DNA from: Lytechinus pictus
Lineage: Eukaryota
Direction: 5' to 3'
NCBI RefSeq assembly: GCF_037042905.1
Contig: NW_026974140.1
Location: 7,936,001 to 8,000,000 of the forward strand
DNA length: 64,000 nt
Shown here: positions 36,601 to 51,600 of the stretch, piece by piece
Numbering within the stretch: the stretch's first letter is position 1
Layout: every line of letters begins with the position of its first letter
Translations under genes and position numbers: made by a program
Notes under the pieces: model-generated
The model's input: only the letters and a program-made list of their open reading frames with translations
Databases searched by the model: none
Told to the model about the DNA's origin: nothing

Positions 36601-39600
36601 GAACATCCTGTGCAAGTTTCAGGTCACATGATCAAGGTCAAAGGTCTTTTAGGGTCAATGAACTTTGGCCAAATTGGGGTATTTGTTGAATTACAGCCAT
36701 AAATTTGAAAGTGTGTTGGTCTAGTTCATAAAACTTGGACATAATAGTAATCAAGTATCACTGAACATCCTGTGCGAGTTTCAGGTCACATGATCAAGGT
36801 CAAAGGTCATGTAAGGTCAAAGAACTTTGGCCACGTTGGGGGTATTTGTTGAATTGCCATCATATCTCTATAAGTGTATTGGTCTAGTTCATAAAACGTG
36901 GAAATAAGAGTAACCAAGTATCACTGAACATCTTGTGCGAGTTATAGTAGTTTTCAAAATCAGCACTGCTGCTATATTGAATCGCGTGATGCAGGTGAGA
37001 CGGCCAGAGGCATTCCACTTGTTTTTAATATTTCATCCTTTTTGTTTTCTCTCTTTGAAACAGAATTTATCAAGACTGAAAAGCATCATTTAAGGACACT
37101 GAAAATCATGCAGAAGGTAGGTCATCTTTTATCATCTCTTTAGTTATCTCTACAACTCAAAATTTTGGCAGTATGAAAAATAAGAATTACTCTATGGATA
37201 TTTTTGTTCTTATTGAAAAACCAAAATACTATCCTGATTATTCATAGAGAACCTTCCTGGTGACTTATTGTTGGATTTTGGAGTGGCTGATGACATTTAT
37301 CCTCTACCGGTTGCAATAAACCAGCTAAACAGGGCTGTATCAAATCAGAGCTTATGAATAGTTTTATGAAACCCTACCTTGAGGCAATGAAACTCTATAT
37401 TAAAAAAAGTATATTATCTGTGATATTGAAACAAAAACATGGCTGCCATAAATGGGGGGGGGGGGTGCCTAGTGGGCAGATGGTACTTACATACAGGTAT
37501 AGTACGTTTGGCATTTCTATGTAAGTATTGTATATAGTAAGAGTGTTGCTAGAAAATACTTGCCATCAATTGCAAGTTTATGATAGAAATTGATATATCA
37601 ATTGTAACTAGAGCGAATTGCTTATAACTACTTGTTGCAATAATATGACCAACAATCAAGTGCAATTAATTACTAGATTTATGATTGATTGGAGGACTAA
37701 AATTGACATGCAATTGATTTCAAATAGTTTTTTTTTTGCAATGCCCAAATAGACTAATAAATTGAAATTGAATTGAATTGAATTTTGATCTGTTTATCCT
37801 TTTCTCTAGATTTTCAGTTATGGGATGCAGAATGAACTGCACATGGACCAGGGACTTATTAAGAAAGTATTTCCTATGTTAGATGAGATCGTTGATATTG
37901 CTTCAAAGTTCTATGACAGACTTCAGAAGAGACAGAAGGAAGCTGAAGTCATTGAGAGAATAGGAGATATCCTCGTTGATCAGGTAAATCATGCATAGAT
38001 CTTTATCATCTTCAAATTGGCAATAACAAGCATTATAATGGGCTCACCAACCAGCAGTCTTAATAGCCCAAGTCCTCAAGTATCCATATCTGGCTAGGTT
38101 TCTTACCCATGATGCATCATTCTGAGCAGTGTCTTTTTGTGATATTTTTTTTTCAACATGTTTTTATTAAGGATTTCATTCAAATGAATTACATAAACTC
38201 CAGATAAATACCAAAAATTACAAATCTTCATTTTATATCAACAAGGATATGCAAAAAAAAATAGTAATACATATATATTCACCAAAAACTGAAGCAAATA
38301 AGGACAGAATGAAATTCCTTACAATTATACTTTTATATCTAAAAAAAACTTACTTAACTGAGCCCCCAACCCTCTATGTATTTTAGTAATAATTATATTA
38401 AATGACTAAATGATTAAATGATTTGCAGGAGAACAGAAATCAACCTACATGTATTATCATTGCATCCCATTTTACATCAAGCTTCAACATAACTTAACAT
38501 AATTATACACACATACACACACCCACCCTAACACCCATACACACATGCACATACCATGCATACGTAAACAAACATAATATATACAAATCTGCATATAACG
38601 TTTAACATTTTGGCGAAATAGGATACAGAAAGAAAAGAACCTGCAAATCAATTTGATACAAGAGAAGGGGAAATTGAAAGGAACTAGTAAAAAGAAAAAA
38701 AAAGAAAAAAGAAAATCATCAACATTACACCAGGATTCACACTCGCACCACACTAGACACATCCCACCTGTTCACATTCAAATCTCTTTTCACTTTCAGT
38801 TCATCCCATTTCTGTAAATGTAAACTTAACTTGCCTGACTTCATTGCCAGGCGACTTTCTTCTTCTATACAACTCGTAATATATTTGTGTATTTTAATGA
38901 ATGAAGGTACCCGTCCTTCAGCTCTGGAATTAAAAATTGCATATTTAATAAAAAGAATAACAGAATTGACACATTTAATTCTACAAGAATTTCCAGGTAA
39001 TCCTAAGAATATTTCCCTCCAATTCAAAGTTCTTAATTCAGCTAAACAAAAATGATCAATACAAAATTTCCACAGAGGTTTAACTTTTATGCAATCTATG
39101 AGTATATGAAAGTACGATTCAGTTTTTGTACAACAAAACGAGCAGTAATTATCTCCCATGAAACCAAATCTCATCAAATGTTCTTTTGTATATATTGCTC
39201 CATGTAAAAGCATAAACTGAAACTCCCTTTGTTTTCTTATAAGAGTTGTACTCCTGATATATCCAAATAATTTACAAATTTCTACATCTGTAAAATTAAA
39301 ATCACTGTGACCATCCTTGAGTGTTAATTTGTATAGTTCTTGTAGATTGGTAATAAACAAGTTATAAATTGTTTTTGATTTAATTACTTCAAAAGCTGTT
39401 TCCTGTTTTCCAATATTCATACTTATCCCAAAGTCTACGAAATCAATTTTTTAAAACTTTATTGAACCATTAAAATTTTTCCAACTTGCTGGTATAACGT
39501 GCACAATATCTATTATTTGGAGAAGTTGATTTGCGGTAATACCGAGATTTTGAAAAAAAGTCACAGGCTTCAAGTGGCCATTATCAAAGATTTGATCAAC

Positions 39601-42600
39601 GCTAAATATTCCTTTATTGAAAAGATCATTGTCAAAAATTGTTTTACCTTTTATACAAATATGTTGATTATTGAATATAATAGGGTTAACCTCCTCTTCA
39701 GAATAACGATATTTCTTTAAGTCTTGCCAAGCCTTCATCATTTCTGAATAAAATTTGGGAATTTTTATATTTTATTTTGAAGTGTCAAAGTAACATAGAA
39801 ACAGAAATCTCCCCCCAACTGATCGAAAACAAAAATCAAAATACAACTTCCATCCTGCATCCCGTTCTCCGTAAAGTAATTGTTTAAGCCACATTAAACG
39901 TTGAGACTTTACAAATAACTTAAAATTCATCATTTTTAAACCTCCTTGTGAGTAATCCTGGTACATTGTAATTCTCTTTATCCGATCTTTTCCTGACCAT
40001 AAAAATTCAAATGTGATCTTTTCGACCTCAGCATACAACCACTGAGGAACCACTATTAGTGACGAAACAAAGTTTAACCTTGACAATGCATATGTTTTTA
40101 ACAAGTGAATTTTCCCCATAAGTGAGAGATCCCTTTGTTTCCACCATCCCAACAGTCTTTTTATTTTACTAAGTATTTCTTTAGAAAGTCAAAAGGGACC
40201 TAAGCTTTCGATCCTAGCAAAATGACAAACATATAAAATGGAACAACCATAATATAGACCACAGACAAGCTACAGCAACACTAGAAACAAGGAGACAAAA
40301 GGGGCATTAGTGAGTAGAGAAGACCAATCAGGTTAGTGAAGGGGATGAAAGAAAAGGAGTAGGCAGACACAAAGGGAAGTTAGTATAAGTAAGGCCAGTA
40401 AAAGACCTCAAGCCAAGAGGGATTAAGATAATGAGGCAGGCAACATCAAACAGGATCTGGAACAAAACAGTGACAAAGGGTATGAGGAAGAGATGAATAA
40501 AAAGAGAATTCTCGCTACCCCAAATAGGAAAAAAAATCTCATAATGCGCGAGACGAGATAATTTTCACTCCGTCGGGTCGTCATCACCACTTCCGGTTCA
40601 GAGTCATGCTCGTGCGCGCGAGGTTCGCGATACTGAGTTTTTCACCACGCTGAAATCGATGCCAATCAGCGTAATATGTACAGATTATAATACTTTTTAT
40701 TCAATTTGGTCAGTTTTGATTCCATTTGAATTATAAATAAAAATGAAAAATAGATTTCACGTGAAAATAAATTTTATTCATGTTTTTATTTGGTTATAAA
40801 AAAATAAAACAAAAAATGAATATCTAAAAATTTTGCATTTAGCGACCGGCCTGACATCACGATCGTATTCGACTAGACGCTAAATATATACAGCATTCAT
40901 TCCGTTCAATTTTTTGTCGACCACAAAATGGATATAAATTCAGTTTCGGAACTTAAAAAAATCTTAACTGACAGAGGAATACCTTGCAATGGAAAGCTTC
41001 GGGCAGAATTAGTGACTTAATTAAGCAGAAAAGGCTGTTAAACTGTATCGTGAAAGAGAGGGTTGTGATCACGAACCTTTCCGAGCGAAAGAAACGTTGT
41101 GTTGTGCATGACGGCACTGTTGATCTGAATGGCAAAACAGTGCATTGGACTTCCGAGCAGGAAGTTGTAATACCGAAAAGCTATCCCATAATGCAATGCG
41201 CGTTACAGGGATTTTCCCGGATCTCGGGGAAATCGCTATTTGGGGTAGCGAGAATTAGTGAGAGGTGGGTCAAACAGGTTACAAAGAAATGCATAACAAA
41301 CTGGTGCATAAGAGTGGGGAAAAAAGGAAAAGAATGGGGAACAACTGATAATGTGCAAAAGACATATGATAAAGCAATTAACAAACTAAGAGAAGAAGGT
41401 AAGTGTAAATATGTATCTATAGAGTGCCCAAATCCAAATAGTTTAAGGATCTCAAAAAGAAAATCATGTGAAACAGAATCAAAGGCCTTTTCAAAATCAA
41501 CAGTGATTAAATATCCAATATTTTAAAAATTAGATTGATATAAAATATCATCTATTAATCTTACACCATCTCCATCTTTTACATAACCAACTTGATTATT
41601 GTGAATTATCTCATTTAGTATACCTTTTAATCTTTTTGCTAAAACCTTTGACAATATTTTGTAATCCACATTTAAAAGTGTAATTGGTCCAAAATTTTGG
41701 ACATATAATGGATCTTTACCTTTTTTTTCCAATAACGTTATCACACCTTGCTTTTGTGAGGTTGTCAGTGTTCCCCTTTCATATGTTTCATTTAAAACAT
41801 CTACCAAAAGTCCCCCTAATAAATTCCAAAAAGTATAATAAAACTCTACCGTAAAACCATCGTTACCAGGGGATTTATTATATTTCATTTATTTTAATAA
41901 CATTCATGAATACTTATTCTACCTTCACATATATTACAACTTTCTTTACTTAATTGAGGAATATCCTTAAGGAACAAAGAATTTTCATTAACAATAGCTT
42001 CACTCAATGAGTATAAATTTTCATAATACGTTCCAATCTTCTTCAATATTTCCTTTCTATCCTTAATGATATGATCATCGTCATCATATAATTCTTTTAT
42101 CACACTTTTCCGTTTATTAGACTTCAATAACTGTTCAAAATATTTGTTTTTTGTTCTCCTTCCTCAAACCAAACTGCCCTTGACCGAATTTTTAAACCTT
42201 GTCAACTATAATCATATAACTTATTCAAATTATATTTTTTCTCATCAATGTTATCAATTATATTTCTCAATGGCTGAGACAAAAGTTTATTTTCTAATTC
42301 TTCTATTTCTTTCTCTATTTTTTTAATTTCATTTTTTCTGACCTTTGCCTTTTCTTTTGTATAAGTATTAATAAACTGTCTCATTTTTATTTTCAAAAAA
42401 TCCCATAACAGTAATTTATCCTTTATCTTTGGAATCCATTCTGCTTTTAATTCAACTACTTTATCTTTAAACATCCTAACAAATTCTTGATTTACGCACA
42501 AACTGTTATTGAATTTCCAATAAGAATTCCCAAAGTCTGGAGCATTTACATAGTTACGTAATTGAAGCAGTACACCTGAGTAATTGATGTCATAATATCA

Positions 42601-45600
42601 CAACAGTTAACGGAATCCTGTAATGTAGAGGAAACGAACCAATAATCCAACCGACTTTGAACGACCGGCCACTTTTGTCTAAATGTGAATTTTTTTTTTT
42701 CTGGGTTCTTTTTCTCCATACATCTACTAAAAATAATCTGTCCAGGAGGTCTTCGAACTTTTCGTTAAATCTATTTTTAATAGACTTTCGAGGCCCCATA
42801 TATTCCAAATCCCCATTCATTATCATATTAAAATCTCCTCCTAAAATAATTGTATCTCCGGAACGATAAAGCTTTGAAATACAATTTTCCAATTCATCTA
42901 AAAATTCCATTTGCATCTTTTCTTTATCCCTAGTGGAAAAGTAACAATTCACTAGTAAAAAAGTAGATTGCTGATTCTCTAATTTCATTATAATATATCT
43001 TCCATTTTCACCAATACTCATATTTTAATTTTCATATTTATATTTGGAGAAATCAAAACTAAAACACCTTTACTATGATTTGTTCCGTGACTGAACAATA
43101 ATTGACCATTCCACTCTGATTTCCATTTTTCTTCCACCTCTACAGTACTATATGTTTCCTGTAAAAATACTATGTTACTGCCTTTATCTCTGCAAAATTA
43201 AAAAATGTTTTTCCTTTTAATCCTATCTCTTAGCCCTATGACATTTAAAGTTAATAAAGTAAAATACGACCTACTATTGAAGCCTAAACACCCTATCCCG
43301 AAAAATATGCAAATGAAACTGACCAAGTAACAGATTTAAACGTGAACAGGCATAACCACGCTCCAAACAACAATCACTCACATTCACAGGACCACACCAA
43401 AGACACTCCCATTTATACCAGACACACGCATACACCCAACACCAAGTACATGCCAATCGAAACACAATTACACTATTCATCAAAAAGTACAGACCAATGT
43501 AGAGAACACTCATACTTAAAATAACCTTAAACATAGAGAGAGAGCTCCCTTCTTGAATTATAACGCACTAATCCACTACTCTATACTACCATACCACACT
43601 AATTATAATACCCAGAACCAAAACAGGTACTTTTCCTCTCAAAATAGTTCCCCTTGTGGAAGCACGGTGGTGTAGCGGTTCTGACTCTCGCCTTGTAATC
43701 AGAGGGTCGTGTGTTCGAACCCCACCATGGTCTAGCGTCCTTTGGCAAGGCGTCAATCCACACTTTGCCACTCTCGCCCAGGTGCTAATTGGGTACCAGT
43801 AGGAAACAACCGTCATTGTGATTGGTTTAGCAAGTTTGCGCCTAACAGGCTGCTTGAAATGCTATGAATCCAGTGACCGGGTAATAATAATTGCGAAGCG
43901 CATTGAACAGTTGTAGATTGATAAAGCGCTATATAAATGCCAATTATTATTATTATTATTATTGCAAATGTAATAATATAGGCTCATTTATTCTCTGTAT
44001 TTTATGAAAAATATCTCAATAGGTCTATGTTGTGACTATCTATTTATATCACACAGTCAATAAGAGACTATTCACAGTGTTGGTTAGTTAACTCTCCTAT
44101 AATATATACAACTTTCATCTATAATTACCTTTGCAAAATGTTTTTACTCTCATCAAAATCATGAAATGAAATTTTGCAATCATAATAACTTTTCTACTAG
44201 ATCAAGATAACATAGTTAAAGGGGTACTCCTGTCAAAAATTAACATGAGTGTGAATAAATAGATTTAAAAATTGAAACAAACGAAGCACTTAAAATTTTA
44301 TGAAACTGTTGTGTATTATCATGTTACAATTTATGCAGTGAGTGAGCTGATAACATCATATTCTCTCTTTTTCTTTTGTAATTTATTATATGAAATGATA
44401 ATCTTTACATTTGCTCCAAATTGATTGATAATCTATTTTTATATACCCTCTATGTCAGCACATTTAACATTGGTGGTATACTGACAAAAACCTCATTTCT
44501 CTCTTAAAGAAAGAATAAAGAGTTTTGTTCAAATAACTGACATCTAAATGAACTCTGATAACATGTATATCAATCTTGCAATGCAAAACATTGCTGAAGA
44601 AGACATCCACTAAATCCCCCTCGTGAAATGAGTTGATTCTAAATATAGCCTTCATAGAAATCTAACACTGTGATGTGATTCTGACTAATTGAGATATTAA
44701 GGCTCATGTGGTAATTTGTAGCAATATGTCCTACTTCAACTTGATTCACTACATTTCCCTATAAAAATATTAATTGTATTAGAGAATAAATGTCTGGGGC
44801 ATCAAAATTGATATTCCTTTCATTAGTGTATTAAGCCAAAATTGAGGGGTGGGGGTACAACATGGTATCTATGACAAAATTTGTTTTAAAATATCAACCT
44901 TTTTAGATTGAAATACATTTAATGATAGATTTTAACATTATTCAGAAAATAACATCACATCTTCCCCTTTTTCCTTTTTTTTCTTTTTCTTTTTCCCTTT
45001 TGTTTTTCTTGGTGATACCCCTTTTTTTTTTTGGGGGGGGGGGGGGAGGAGGGAGGCATGGCCCCCAAAGCTCGCCACCCCATCTGTATGTCTGTGATTC
45101 CTTTATCAATAGTAATTAAGACAGCCATTCTCAATTACTTTTTTTGAAGCGCCACATTTCATGTTGAGAATCTGTAATGCTCCACTGTCCATTGCGCAAA
45201 CCAGCAATGTATCAGCGGAGGGGGTTCAGAGGCCCCTGGTGGGGGTCGAGGGGGCAGAGCCCCCAGACGTTTTGGAATATGAGGCCTTTTAAATTGCCCA
45301 GAGGGGCTCTAATTAATATCAACAGAAGAAATACAAATGCCAACAAACTACACAAAATCAATATTAAAAGAAAAATGACCAGTGACTTTTTCACAACATA
45401 CCAATGATACCACTAGTTCAGACTGTTCTGCCCCAGATATATTGGCTGAAGCAAGTGGCGTAATGAGTAAAAAAAAAATGAGGGGGCTAGATATGGCAGC
45501 TGAAGCAAAAATATTGAACTTTGCAATACAAATATCTATATTTTGACATAATATTAAGAAAATAATACAATATTCCACTCTTTCCCTTTTCTTTTCTTTC

Positions 45601-48600
45601 CCTTTCTCCTTTTTTTTCTTGGCCATGAAACACTTGGGCCCCCCAATCGCCACCCCCATCTGTACGCCAGTGGTTGAAGCTACGTTCCCCGATTTTGCAA
45701 GGGCTGAAAATTAGGCGTTGCACTGCACTAACGCCCCAACTGCCCCTCTCTCTCTATTACTCACGTGCAGTATCATTCATTCAGTTCATGTTAAGCAAGA
45801 GTGCATGCAGGCAATCACGGCAGACAATGCATCTGAGCATACATTTATTTCACTTTTACAACATCGGATTTTAATCGGCTTCAGAAACAAAGTTTCTGCT
45901 TGTTATGTCCCAAATTCATAATCTTTTATGATCAGGATGTTCTTTGAATATCATATCATTTGATGTTTAACTCTTAACCAAAACGTATACTCTGGAAATG
46001 CAAAATTTCTCGCCGTTGAAATAGAAATCCTACAAACGGGGTTTTCAAATCACTTGTGCGGCACAAAAACTTTGTACAGCGTAGAATAAATAAAAAGGAG
46101 AACACCATCGATCCTCCATAATAGGGGTTATCGAGTGCTAAATTTGACAAAATTTGAGGAAATCAATTAGCAATTAAGTGTCAAGTAAAGAGTTTTTGTT
46201 TTCTCTTTGTATTAAAATGATCACCAAAACCTTATTGCCAGGTTACTGGTAGATACATTTTTTTCTCCCTTATTTTTCCTTTATTTTTTATACCGGCTCC
46301 CAAGCGCCACTCCGCAAGGCTCGGTGCGCCACAAGTGGCGCGCGCGCCACCTATTGAGAACCCCTGAATTAAGATCTTTGAATGTTTTCAAGGAGGATAG
46401 GATAGTGATCACCACACATGGTGGTTAGTATAATGACTATTAGCCAGAAGGAGTGTTAGATAGATATTCTTGGTTATTATAAAAGAACAACCGTCAGTCC
46501 TTCAAGGACCGCTATACATGGCGACACCATCAAACTTCATAAATAATGGCAGTGCTTATGCTGTTATCATTTTTTTTTCTTTTTTCGTTTAAGTTATTTT
46601 TATCAATGCAGGCCTTGAACACCATAGTTTTATCTACCTATTATAGTTAGTTCAAAAGTATGCAGCCGTGTGATGAACTTCTCATGTTAACAATCATGCA
46701 AGCCTTGCCCATAGTTCAACTTTGGTTTTTAGAATAGTTTTCATGTTCCTCAGTTCTTGCCATTTTTCAATTTGAATAAATTTGTTGATTCATGAATCGT
46801 GGAAAAAAACTTTGTTGACAAAACCCATTGATTACAGTATCACAGAAATGCCTGTGTGCAAAATGATTGATGTATACATTATGTTCTTTTCATTTTTGTT
46901 TGGATGCTTAGTTTGATGGTGAGAATGGGGACAGGATGATGATGGCCTACGGATGTTTGTGTAGTCAACAAAATGAAGCTAAAGCAGTCTATAAAGATCT
47001 CACCAAGACAGATAAAAGATTCCAGGCTTTCATCAAGGTAAGAATTCATCACATTCATTCTGTGTATCATATGATTTTAGATCTGGACCATTATGATTTA
47101 CATACTTTTGAAAAAGATATGTCCATTTCCTCTTTTTTGCAAATATTTTACAAATATTAATACCTTATACTGAGCTTCCAAATCAATGTTTACATGTTTG
47201 TCAGTGTTTGATGTCTCCACTTCTCTCACAGTTTTTTTTTCTCCCCCATCCCCTCTTATTCTTTCTCTTCCTTTCTAAGATACCATAGAATGATTTATCT
47301 GTGAGCTATCCTACATGACTAATAACCAATGTATTGATGTTTTTACTACCAGAAATGCAGTACCAATGCCCTATGTAGGAGATGGACCATACCAGAATGC
47401 ATTCTTAGTGTCAGCTCTAGACTCACCAAATATCAGCTTCTTATAGAGGCTATCATTAAACCAACCAAAGGTGCGCTCTTATTTGATTTGATGTAGTCAT
47501 TAGGTTAAGGGCACTTTCCAAACCCTGCAATGTTGTAGGCAAGATTTGTTCCTGTTCCTGTGAAATCGGAGGTTGATAATGTTATATTACATGACTGTAT
47601 AACCTATATGATTTTATGTATGATTCCATCTCACAGCAAAGTATAATAAAAGGACATTATAGGCAAATGTGTGGGGGAATCATATACCCTTTGGTCTGTA
47701 CTCAAATCATGCACATTTCATTCAATTAGATTTAATTGACCTGCTTTCTTGTAGGCTTTACAGAGTAATAGAATAATCAAATATTAAAACAGATTTTGCA
47801 ATGATGTATTGATATAAAACAATGATAGGATATGATTTATGATATTGATATATTTTATTTGGATTTTCAAGATTTCTGAATTATGATTTTACTCATCTCT
47901 CCTTTATTTTTATCTGCAGCAATCAAAGCCACTGACAAAATAGACACACATGACCTTACAAGGGCATTGGAATTGGTCAAGGTAAATAGCATCTTGTATA
48001 TATGAGAGTGATGATGATGGTGAAGAGGGGGGGGGGTGAGGAGAGGGGTCAGGGGAGAGGCCAGAATATGGAGAAGGAGGAGGCGGTGAAGAAGAACAAG
48101 GTTGATGACTTTGATGATGATTGTGGAGAGGAATAGAATGAAGATGAAGAAAGGGAAGTGGAGGGGAAGGGAAGGAAAAGGAGAAGGAAGAAGAGAAGAT
48201 GGAGGAGGAGGAGATGGATGAAGAATAAGAAGAAGATTGTGTTGATTGTTTGATTCTTAAGGTCGTGAAATGTTGGTGAAATTAAATTCAGTGAACCTGC
48301 CATTTTTCTCTCCTGCAGGCAATATGTCATGATGTTAACATGCAAGTACAAGAGAGAGAACGATGGCAAAGACTAATGGAGATATACAACAAAACAGAAG
48401 CAAGGTCTACAGGAACGCTCAAAAGTGGCAAGAAATTCAAGGTAAATATTCATTCATCTAATCATTCTTTAATTGATGAATCGATTTCTTTCTTTTCTTT
48501 TCTTTCTTTTCTTTCTTTTCTTTCTTTTCTTTCTTTTCTTTCTTTTCTTTCTTTCTTCAGTCAGGCAAGGACACAACTTCATAAAAAATATACTTTGGTT

Positions 48601-51600
48601 GAGAAGTAATATATGTTAAAAGAATACAAAATTCAGAAAAAGGAAACAAAAATATGTTAGAGGATGAAAATATTTACATGAATGATTTCCCCAGAATGAA
48701 ACAATTTCTAATAATTAGACATCAGAAATGTCATCCATTATGCAAATTTGTTTTGCTTCACACAGAAATCTGATTTACTTGCAAATCGCAAGCTAAGACA
48801 TGAAGGTGAACTTTATTGGAAGAATGCAAGAGCTAAACTGACTGAAGTTCATGGGGTGCTTCTAACGGATGTTCTTCTCCTTCTCACTGAGAATAATGGA
48901 AAGTATACATTCGCCTCACAGGATAACAAGGTAAGTTTCATTTCCTGATTGTCTCCATCAAACCTTTTAAAGATATTCCAATAGTATTTTACATTAATTT
49001 ACACTTTTTTTAATGATAATGCTGCATACCTATTTCCAGTCATGATTGAAATAAAATGATGCTCATAGACATGTTAGGCCTTGTATACCTAATATGATTT
49101 AATTGTAGGCCATGTGGCAAATGTAATGCTGCAAATTGTTGTTCGTAAAATGGCAATATGATATATTGATTGCAACAATTATAACAGTTTAAATTTTCCC
49201 TTACATATTCTCACATCATTCTGGATGGAATAATAGCATGCTAAATATTGCCTTCTTTTAGCCATAACTTGTATTTGTGGCAATTCACCCTTTTTTCTTT
49301 ATCATATTTCTACAAACATACAGTGATTTTGGTCATTTTGGAGACATCACCAGAAAGTGCTTTCAATACTCTATCAGAAAAAAATGAAATAATGATAATG
49401 TTTTTCAATAATATTGGCCATATTGCCCTTTTACTTTCTGGATGATGAAGTGTCACTGAGAAATAGTTCTGTAGCCGTATGTATTGTTCTGTATTTTTTG
49501 TTCAGTTCTGTATGTATATTGCTACAATGAATGATATTCTATCTACTGGATAACTGGCCTGCATTACTTCAAAAAAAAAAAATTAACATCTCATTTATGT
49601 GAACTGCACATTTACTTGAATTGTTTCCCAATTATATTCCTGGACTTCTTACATAAAGCAAACCAGTTACAAAAGTTATGATATATGCTGAAAACGTCTC
49701 TCATTTAAGGTTGGTTTTGTTTGGAGAAGGAGGGGGGGGGGGGTGTGTCCTGAAATGTAATTCTTCCCATTTCATCTCATAAATGTCAAACTATTTCATT
49801 GTTTTTACACTGTCATACCACTGTTTGGCCATTGTCCATGTGCTTTTAAACAATTAAACAATCTTGATTTCAATATAAAACTATTTTTTAGTGGAACTTA
49901 GCCTGAGCCACATCACTTGTTATAGGGCTTAATGGGTTAAAGGTTCTATAAATAACATTGAATTGCATGATGTTGAATTTTTTGTTGGATTACAATTCTG
50001 TAAAAAAAAAGAGAAGTGAAATGTTCTTATGGAAATAATTTTTTTCTTCAAATTTTTGCAGCCTCCTGTGATCCCACTGTTCAAGTTGATGGTTAGAGAT
50101 GTAGCTATTGATCCAAAGAGCGTTTACCTCATCAGTCAGAACAAGGCTGGTCCTGAGATGTATGAAGTCATGTGTACGTCTGAACATGCTCGAGGAGAGT
50201 GGAAGAAGCGGCTGTTAGAAGCCATCGAACAATGTCCAGCAGATGGTAAGATTCTTGAAGATTTTAATGCATTCATGTATAAACCAGACACTGGGAAGCA
50301 TTGAATCTTATTGTACCAAGGTTTAAAATGTTGTTAGTCACTTGTTTAAAGGGTAAGTTCACCTTGAAAAAACTTTGTTGTAAAAAAAAATAAAAATATT
50401 GATGAAGATTTTAGGAAAATCCATTAAAGATTAAGAAAGTTATTAGAATTTTAAGTTTTGGATTTGTGACGTCATGAACGAGCAGCTGCCCCATATGTTA
50501 TGTAATATAAAACTCATAAATTTTAAAAAATTTTAGTTTTGTTTTCTTGTTAGGAACGGGTGTGAAATGATATGTTTATTGTTATACTAAAGGTACAATA
50601 AAACAATTTCCAATTTTCTGAGAAAAATGACATTCATTGATTATTTATCATATGATATGTAGGAAAGTTGCTCGCATTATGATGTTACAAATCAAATGAT
50701 TGAAATTCTAATAACTTTTTTATTCTTAGATAAGTTCAGAAACCTTCGGCAGTATTTTTTATCATTTTTTCTGCTATCTTTACAACAAAATTTTTGTCGG
50801 GGTGAACTTCCCCTTTAAATGATAGTTGGTACACAGAAGTTGTTAAAAAACTATTATTACCTTTAAAAGACCATCTCCATATATATTGAAAGATAGAGCT
50901 GAACTTCGCTTTTGCCTTTTTATATAGATTTGAATATAGAAAAAAAACATGCACCAATTCACATTTAACATGAGGAATCAAATAAAGAGTTGCATAACAC
51001 CAATGATGTATCACTGTTGATTGGAAACAGGCAAACTTGAAAATCTCATTACATTTTTTTTTTAATTTTACATCCATTTTCAATGAAACTTTTTTATTTT
51101 TCTTTACTTTTTTCAATGACCTTTTTATTGGTGGAGTTGACCTTAAAATGAGTGACTTCATATTTGTTTTTGATAATGGCTCTTTTTCCCCATTTAGATC
51201 CAGTTGACTCAGGAATAGACAATAATAATGAGGAAGAAGAAAAGAAGAAAGCTGAAGAGAGGGCACTCAGAATGAAGAAACTTCTTGGTAAGTAATTAAG
51301 GATTTGAAGTGAAGACTCTTAATTTTTGTCTTGCCCACCAGAGGTGAAGGCGAGACTTAAGGCCCGTTTACACAGCATCCGGCACGGCGACCGTGCACGG
51401 CACCACGGCAATCCGGCACGGCCAAAAAAAATGGATCCCCACTAAATCCTATGAAACTGTTTCCACTTCAACGGTGCCGTGCCGTATTGTACAACACGGC
51501 GTAATTTGCCGGATTTGCAGATCGATCAGCAAGCCATTTTCAGAGCACGGCACACGGTTTTTTCACTTCTGGCCAATCACAGTCCAGATGAATTACGTCA

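Larger units (their letters stand above)
38145..43560 (-). mobile_element. Tx1/L1-clade LINE, 5'-truncated, ORF2 pseudogene (APE endonuclease, RT, Cys-rich C-terminus)
   Basis: TLNVIGL, VFLQETYS, ILGGDFN, KSPGNDG, PITLLNVDYKIL, DFEKAFDSV, LSLMGK, CSFC...ESYFHILIDC; stops and frameshifts; AATAAA + poly(A) at 38145-38167 on the minus strand. Confidence 0.92.

Noticed and set aside
40984-41526. 180-aa plus-strand ORF
   Set aside because: Crosses a MITE end, the Penelope-like fragment and the antisense of the LINE RT; chimeric chance ORF
50736-51266. 176-aa minus-strand ORF
   Set aside because: Antisense to a real exon and runs into a MITE; no domain signal
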